A DNA stretch of 64,000 bases from Heterodontus francisci (taxonomy: Eukaryota), in assembly GCF_036365525.1 (NCBI RefSeq), contig NC_090417.1, positions 13,741,344 through 13,805,343 on the forward strand, given 5' to 3'. This document shows, piece by piece, positions 54,001 to 64,000 of this stretch. Within the stretch, counting starts at the first letter, position 1, and the number at the start of each line of letters is the position of its first letter. A program made the translations under genes and the position numbers. The notes beneath the pieces are model-generated. The model saw only the letters and a program-made list of their open reading frames with translations, searched no databases and was not told the origin of the DNA.

Positions 54001-57000
54001 GCCTGACCGAAAAAGATAATCTATCAATCCCTTGTGTGTGAAGAAGTGCTTCCTGACATCACCCCTGAATGGACTGGTTTGAATTTTAAGATTGTGCCTC
54101 CTTGTTCTGGACTCTGCCATCAGAGAAAATAGTTTCTCTCTATCAAACCATGTAATCGTCTTCAACATCTTAGTTCGATCTGCCCTTAATCTTCGATACT
54201 TGATGGAATGCAAGCCTAGGCCTCGCAAACCGTCCTCATAACTGAAGTCTTTTCGCCTTCAGCGTCTTGCCTCATTATGCAGGTTACACAGCAGTTTCCT
54301 GTTCTTCAGCTGTCAGACTGAACAAATCAGCTCCAGCTACTGCAAGCTAGTTAACAGCAGTGTGAAGAGAAGACACTGCTTGCCTCTTCACTCTCTCATA
54401 TGTAAACCATCCCACAACTCATCCCATCGCCACAGGCATCTCTCCAGAACAGAGAGCAGTCAATTCACACTTTTAACAAACATTGCAAACTCCTTTCGTT
54501 GGATTCAGATTCTCCATTTCCACTTTGGGATTTTTAACAAACAAATAAAAGGTTCAGAAAATGGAAAATACTGAAGGAATTCTCATTAAAAATGAACATC
54601 TAAAGTTCTTAAAAGCAGAATTATTTCAGTTCTTTTTCAGTTCATGTTGAACAAAAGTCAATTGTTATCATGTTTAACCAATTTATTGGAGTTTTCTGAA
54701 GGAGTAACATGCGCTGTGGATAAAGGGGAACCCGTTGGATTTCCAGAAGGCATTTGACAAGGTGCCACATAAAAGGTTATTGCGCAAAGTAGGAGCTCAT
54801 AGTGTAAAGGGTAACATATTAACATGGATAGAAGATTGGCTGGCTGGCAGAAAACAGAGTCTGAATAAATAGGTCCTTTTCTGATTGGCAGGGGTCTGTG
54901 CTGGGGCTTCAACTTTTTATATCAATGGCTAAGATGAGATGAGCAATGGCATGGTAGCTAAATTTGCAGATGACACAAAGATAGGTAGGAAAGTATCTTG
55001 TGAAGAGGACATATGGAGGTTGCAGACCGATAAAGATAGGTTGAGTGAGTGAGTGAGTGAGTGGGCAAAAATCTGGCAGATGGAGTATAATGCAGGAAAA
55101 TGTGAAGTTGTTCACTTTGGCAAGAAGAATAAAAAAGCAGAGTATTTCTTAAACAGAGAACGACTGCAGAATTCCAAGGTGCAGAGGGATCGAGGTGTTC
55201 TAGTGCATGAGTCACAAAGTTAGGATGCAGGTACAGCAAGTAATAAAGAAGGCTGATGGAATGCTATCCTTTATTACGAGAGGAATTGAAAATAAAAGGA
55301 AGGATGTATTGCTTCAGTTATACAGGGCATTGGTGAGACCACATCTCGAACACTGTGTGCAGTTTTGGTCTCCTTATTTAAGGAAGGATGTAAATGCGTT
55401 GGAGTTCAGAGGAGGTTTACTAGATTGATACCTGGAATGAGTGGGTTGTCTTAGGAGGAAAGGTTGGACACATTGGGCTTGTTTTCACTGGAGCTTAGAA
55501 GAGTGAGTGAGAGGAGACTTGATTGAAGTATACAGAATCCTGAACGGTGGATGTGGAAAGGATGTTTCCTCTTGTGGGTGAGTCCAGAACTAGGGGCACT
55601 GTTTTAAAGCCAGAGGTCGCCCTTTTAACATGGAGACGAAGATAAATTTTTTTCTCTGAGGGTGTGCGACTTTGGAACTGTCTGCCTCAGAAGGTGGTGG
55701 AGACGGGGTCATCGAATATTGTTAAGGCGGAGGTAGATAGATTCTTGTTAGATAAGGGAATCAAAGGTTATTGGGGGTGAATGGGAGTGTGGAATTGGAG
55801 ACACAAGTTCTGCTCGGATTTGCCACCTTCAGGGTTGAAAGGGCCAAGCTCATCTGGCCTTTGCCCCTGAACTAGATCCTCTGGCACGACAGTTCACCCG
55901 CATTTTACTACTAGCACCTCCAAAGCCTGCATATCTCCCTCGAGTCCCAGCGACTGAAACCTCACTGGTCCCAGACACACCCTGGATTAGTCTCACATGC
56001 CATCTAATGCCCCAGGCCTACAATGACATTCCGGATCCTGTGGGTACGAACATAGGAACAGGAGTAGGCCATTTAGCCCCTCGAGCCTGTCCCGCCATTC
56101 AATGAGATCATGGCTGATCCGCGGCCTATCTCCGTACACCTGCCTTTGACCCATATCCCTTAATATCTTTGCTTAACAAAAATCTATCTATCTCAGATTT
56201 AAAATTAACAACTGTTCTAGCTTCAACTGCTGTTTGTGGGAGAGAGTTCCAAACCTCGACCACCCTTTGCGTGAAGAAGTGCTTCCAAACATCTCTCCTG
56301 AACGGTCTGCTCCTAATTTTTAGACTATGCCCCCTAGTTTTAGAATCTCCAACCAGTGGAAATAGTTTATCTTTGTCTAGCCTGTCTTTTCCTGTTAATA
56401 TCTTGAAGACTTCCGTCAGATCACCCCTTAACCTTCTACATTCCAGCGAAAACAGGCCTAATTTGTGCAGATCTGAGTGTTGACTTGGGTGTATCTACAC
56501 TGGATGAGGGGTGGCTTGGGCTGGGGGAGAGGGAAGTGTTGGGCGGGTGGGAATGTGTCTGGGGTTTGGGAGAAAGTTTTGGGAAGGTGCCTGGAATCGG
56601 GAGTTTGTGTTGGTAGATGTGTATGAGTGGGGGGGGGGGGGGGTGAGAAATATCTCTGGGATTGAGGATGGAGATTTGTCTGGGATCGGGAATGTGTTTG
56701 GGAAGAGGATTGGGATCAGGAATGTGTTTGGGATGAGGATTGGGGATGTGTGAATGTGTTTGGGATGAGGAGTGGGATTGGGAATGTGTTTGGGAAGGGG
56801 AATTGGGATCGGGAATGTGTTTGGGATGGGGATCGGGAATGTGTTCGGGATGGGGGTCGGGAATGTGTTCGGGATGTGGACTGGGATCGGGAATGTGTTT
56901 GGGATGGGGATCGGGAATGTGTTTGGGATGGGGATAGGGAATGTGTTCGGGAAGGGGATTGGGATCGGGAATGTGTTCGGGATGGGGATCGGGAATGTGT

Positions 57001-57453
57001 TCGGGATGTGGACTGGGATCGGGAATGTGTTTGGGATGGGGATCGGGAATGTGTGAATGTGTTTGGGATGAGGAGTGGGATTGGGAATGTGTTCGGGATG
57101 GGGATCAGGAATGTGTTCGGGATGTGGACTGGGATCGGGAATGTGTTTGGGATGGGGATCGGGAATGTGTGAATGTGTTTGGGATGAGGAGTGGGATTGG
57201 GAATGTGTTCGGGATGGGGATCAGGAATGTGTTCGGGATGTGGACTGGGATCGGGAATGTGTTTGGGATGGGGATCGGGAATGTCTCGGGGATGGGGGCA
57301 GGAGGAGATGGGGCCCCTACCCCGCCCCGCTGAACCCATCCCTTTAATTTAAAGGGGCAGGGTGAATGAAATTTGCCGACCGGCGCCTCTCACCCGCTCG
57401 TCCGTCGTATCCTGCGATTCATCATCGCGGCCCCGGCGCCTCAGATCCGTCAT
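29918..57453 (-). CDS. CDS2: CDS2, phosphatidate cytidylyltransferase 2 (CDP-DAG synthase 2); whole coding span, 13 exons, 1317 nt, 438 aa
   Basis: All 13 exons join in frame through GT-AG introns. Contains the signature [27 protein letters not shown]. The MTDLRRR N-terminus and the PCNA neighbour favour CDS2 over CDS1. Confidence 0.95.
30165..30590 (-). mobile_element. Deu-domain SINE (SacSINE1/AmnSINE1-like)
   Basis: Reverse complement of the family at 44735-45170. Confidence 0.65.
30997..31317 (+). mobile_element. HE1/V-SINE, full length, inserted into an L2 remnant
   Basis: tRNA head with A box TGGCGTAGTGG and B box GGTTCGATTC, V-domain gggtgctccggtttcctcccaca, CR1-like tail, (AAAT)n end. 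Confidence 0.85.
31692..31795 (-). CDS. CDS2: CDS2 exon 12 ([35 protein letters not shown])
   Basis: 104 nt, AG/GT, catalytic HGGIMDRFD motif. Confidence 0.97.
32300..32700 (-). mobile_element. CR1 3' fragment
   Basis: [15 protein letters not shown]...[14 protein letters not shown]. Confidence 0.8.
33845..33964 (-). CDS. CDS2: CDS2 exon 11 ([40 protein letters not shown])
   Basis: 120 nt, AG/GT. Confidence 0.96.
34230..34382 (-). CDS. CDS2: CDS2 exon 10 ([51 protein letters not shown])
   Basis: 153 nt, AG/GT. Confidence 0.96.
35777..35845 (-). CDS. CDS2: CDS2 exon 9 ([23 protein letters not shown])
   Basis: 69 nt, [12 protein letters not shown] motif. Confidence 0.96.
37344..37431 (-). 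CDS. CDS2: CDS2 exon 8 ([29 protein letters not shown])
   Basis: 88 nt, AG/GT. Confidence 0.96.
38461..38543 (-). CDS. CDS2: CDS2 exon 7 ([28 protein letters not shown])
   Basis: 83 nt, AG/GT. Confidence 0.96.
39160..39218 (-). CDS. CDS2: CDS2 exon 6 ([20 protein letters not shown])
   Basis: 59 nt, AG/GT. Confidence 0.96.
41078..41217 (-). CDS. CDS2: CDS2 exon 5 ([46 protein letters not shown])
   Basis: 140 nt, AG/GT. Confidence 0.96.
41490..41870 (+). mobile_element. tRNA-derived SINE
   Basis: A-box-like ggtgtcgtggtaatg, B box ggttcaaatccc, conserved core. Confidence 0.65.
43262..43359 (-). CDS. CDS2: CDS2 exon 4 ([33 protein letters not shown])
   Basis: 98 nt, AG/GT. Confidence 0.96.
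44735..45170 (+). mobile_element. Deu-domain SINE (SacSINE1-like)
   Basis: tRNA-like head, actgagggaaatgctgcac...ggaggtgctgtctttcgg core, L2-like tail. Confidence 0.7.
45395..45491 (-). CDS. CDS2: CDS2 exon 3 ([32 protein letters not shown])
   Basis: 97 nt, AG/GT, conserved sequence. Confidence 0.96.
45800..46290 (+). mobile_element. CR1 3' fragment
   Basis: LVRPHL and [21 protein letters not shown]. Confidence 0.8.
47082..47203 (-). CDS. CDS2: CDS2 exon 2 ([10 protein letters not shown]...[15 protein letters not shown])
   Basis: AG/GT bounded, 122 nt; resembles DDTPEVLNRALSNLSSR. Confidence 0.9.
48053..48210 (-). mobile_element. HE1 SINE 3' half
   Basis: Reverse complement of about 31170-31295, with a (TTTAG)n tail. 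Confidence 0.75.
50205..50650 (+). mobile_element. Deu-domain SINE
   Basis: B box gggttcaaatccc; same core as 44735-45170. Confidence 0.7.
50860..52260 (+). mobile_element. CR1 RT to 3' end
   Basis: [14 protein letters not shown]...[11 protein letters not shown]...QFWSPYLRK. Confidence 0.85.
54655..55800 (+). mobile_element. CR1 RT to 3' end
   Basis: [15 protein letters not shown] and [24 protein letters not shown]. Confidence 0.85.
56048..56468 (-). mobile_element. CR1 3' end, relatively young
   Basis: Well-preserved ORF2 C-terminus and tail on the minus strand. Confidence 0.8.
56680..57295. repeat. G-rich minisatellite (about 24-30 bp variants of GGGATCGGGAATGTGTTTGGGATG)
   Basis: More than 20 units; explains the low-complexity ORFs here. 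Confidence 0.92.
57394..57453 (-). CDS. CDS2: CDS2 exon 1 ([20 protein letters not shown])
   Basis: In a CpG island; GCCACAATG start; GTGAG donor; 60 nt, phase 0. Confidence 0.9.
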
Positions 57454-57624
57454 TGTGGCTCTCCCGCCGCTCGGCGTCCTCCGCGCTTCACTGCCGCTGA
57501 CAATCCACTGGAGAGCGGGGACTCGAGAGGCTCGAAAACTCGCCGCCGCTCAGCAACCGCCGCAGCGCCTCGAACCGAGCAACAACCCTCGCGAGAGCTC
57601 CGGACCGGGACCCTCCCAGCGCAT

Positions 57625-58048
57625 GGGGGCGGTGCAGAGCGCTGGTTCCTGGCGGTCCTCCCAGCGCTAGGGGGCGCTGGTTCCTGGTCCTCCCAGCGCT
57701 AGGGGGGCGCTGGTTCCTGGTCCTCCCAGCACTGAAACCCTGGTTCCTGGTCCTCCCAGCGCTAGGGGGCGCTGGTTCCTGGTCCTCCCAGCAATGAAAC
57801 CCTGGTTCCTGTTCCTCCCAGCGCTAGGGGGCGATGGTTCCTGGCCGTTCCAGCACTGAAACCCTGGTTCCTGGTCCTCCCGGCGCAAGGTGGCGATGGT
57901 TCCTGGTCCTCCCAGCACTGAAACCCTGGTTCCTGTTCCTCCCAGCGCTAGGGGGCGATGGTTCCTGGCCGTTCCAGCACTGAAACCCTGGTTCCTGGTC
58001 CTCCCAGCGCTTGGGGGCGGTGCAGAGCGCTGGTTCCTGGTCCTCCAG
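57625..58048. repeat. GC-rich minisatellite (about 30 bp, core TGGTTCCTGGTCCTCCCAGC)
   Basis: About 13 units with alternating GCTAGGGGGCGC and ACTGAAACCC spacers. Confidence 0.92.
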
Positions 58049-58529
58049 ACTTCAAAAACAGAAGAGAATGCAGTCAGCTTTCTGAGAAACACGAGCCCAG
58101 TGGTTTGAAGCCTTGTCTTGGTATTTTTCCTGCTCTCATTTCTCTCTCCTGTCTCCTTTTGCAAGAATATTTCACATAAATGTCACAATTCATCTGGTTG
58201 GGACAATGTTGCCCAAAATATGAAATTGCTGCATCCTCCCAGTGCAACAAGCCTGACTTCTGGTTGGTTCAGAGAAGTATCAGTTCACACAGCTCTGGGC
58301 AATGATGCATCGAACAGGAAATGTTATCTTTATAAAATGGAGCTAAATTCTTTCCAACAATAACAATTGCAAAAGCATTCATTGCAATACATGAACAACG
58401 TCGACTTTCTTTTTTTTTTGGAGAAATTTTTACAGGAGAATTTGTAAAAATTGTCATGCGTTGAATGGGTTTCTTGTGCAGTCAGAGATAAAATGAGAAA
58501 AAAGAATGCAAGAATCTGGCCTGGTCCAA

Positions 58530-58700
58530 TCTAGACCTCCTTTGTTATCTCTTGTCCCACCCCCACCTCACTTGCTTATAATCTGTGACATTTTTAATAT
58601 TTGTCAGTTCTGAAGAAGGGTCACTGACCCTAAACGTTAACTCTGCTTCTCTTTCCACAGACCTGCTGAGTGGCTCCAGCATTTCTTGTTTTTATTGCAA
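58530..58700 (+). mobile_element. Penelope-like element end fragment
   Basis: tctgaagaagggtcactgaccc..aaacgttaactctg...cctgctgag motif typical of PLE termini. Confidence 0.55.
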
Positions 58701-58826
58701 GAATCTGGAACTGATTCTCTAATGACAGAGTCATTTGCATCTGTCAATTTCCTAGAAATTTCAGTGTTCGTATAGATTGCAACAGTGTCCAAGAGTTTTC
58801 TAGCAAAGTTTGCGAAAGGGTTTTGA

Positions 58827-63538
<4,712 letters not shown>

Positions 63539-63772
63539 GATTGGAGCTTGGATGGTGAAGGCAGTGACCATCACATTGATGTGGTTGAGGCGCAGAGATA
63601 GCTTTGAAGCCTCTGTGAAAGATCTTCCCTGGCCTTGCCTCGGTTATAACTTTCCCCTTAAACGTGCTCACGTTGTTGTCCTTTCTGAAGCTTTTGTAGA
63701 TATTTTATGTAAATATGTTTTCCAACTTTAAATTGCCTTTTGTAAGACGGAGGGTTCAGTGAAACAGCAGAA

Positions 63773-63778
63773 AATAAA
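63773..63778 (+). terminator. Candidate PCNA polyadenylation signal AATAAA
   Basis: About 235 nt after the stop codon, followed by GT/T-containing sequence. Confidence 0.6.
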
Positions 63779-64000
63779 ATGTCTCAGTGATTCTGGTGGC
63801 CTGTCTCTCCAATGAAAGAGAAGGGGACAGAAGGGAAGTTGGGAACTCACCAGTCTTGGTGGAGGAGGGGAACTGAGTGTTTGTAGCTTCTGCTCTGGAT
63901 GAATTCGGGTGAATTGAAGGCAATGCTGAGAAGCTCTTGCCCTGTCAGATGATGGTGACAAGAAACTGGGGTATGGTTGCATAGTGGCTTTGTAACTGGA

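Larger units (their letters stand above)
57300..58050. promoter_or_regulatory. CpG island covering CDS2 exon 1, 5'UTR and promoter
   Basis: High GC and CpG density against a CpG-poor background. Confidence 0.75.

Noticed and set aside
55828-55871. Short hairpin TTCAGGG..AAAGGGCCA/TGGCCTTT..CCCTGAA between two CR1 ends
   Set aside because: Too short and imperfect to distinguish from chance.
56716-57347. Several long ORFs up to 207 aa with repetitive peptides
   Set aside because: Artefacts of the G-rich minisatellite: open in many frames, low complexity, intronic.
57625-58048. CRISPR-like look of a constant core with varying spacers
   Set aside because: Spacers are of only two recurring types, there are no cas genes, and the DNA is eukaryotic; this is a VNTR.

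Overview
Vertebrate genomic DNA, very probably from a shark or other cartilaginous fish, judging by its HE1/V-SINE, Deu-domain SINE, CR1, L2, RTE and Penelope repeats. Three genes can be read directly. CDS2 (phosphatidate cytidylyltransferase 2) is complete on the minus strand in 13 exons (57453 to 29918, 438 aa) and appears to have a repeat-poor 3'UTR of about 6.7 kb. PCNA is complete on the plus strand in 6 exons (59055 to 63538, 261 aa), head-to-head with CDS2. The first coding exon of ARHGAP25 is on the minus strand (2044 to 1981). Most other sequence is decayed transposons, including a DIRS-like tyrosine-recombinase retrotransposon remnant and an internally deleted CR1 that keeps ORF1. 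The main unexplained structure lies in the putative CDS2 3'UTR: a 237-bp non-coding unit bounded by AAA (29172-29408) whose right end, AAA core and left end recur joined, like a circle junction, about 1 kb away (28074-28141). Family names come from motif recognition, not database searches, and repeat boundaries are approximate.
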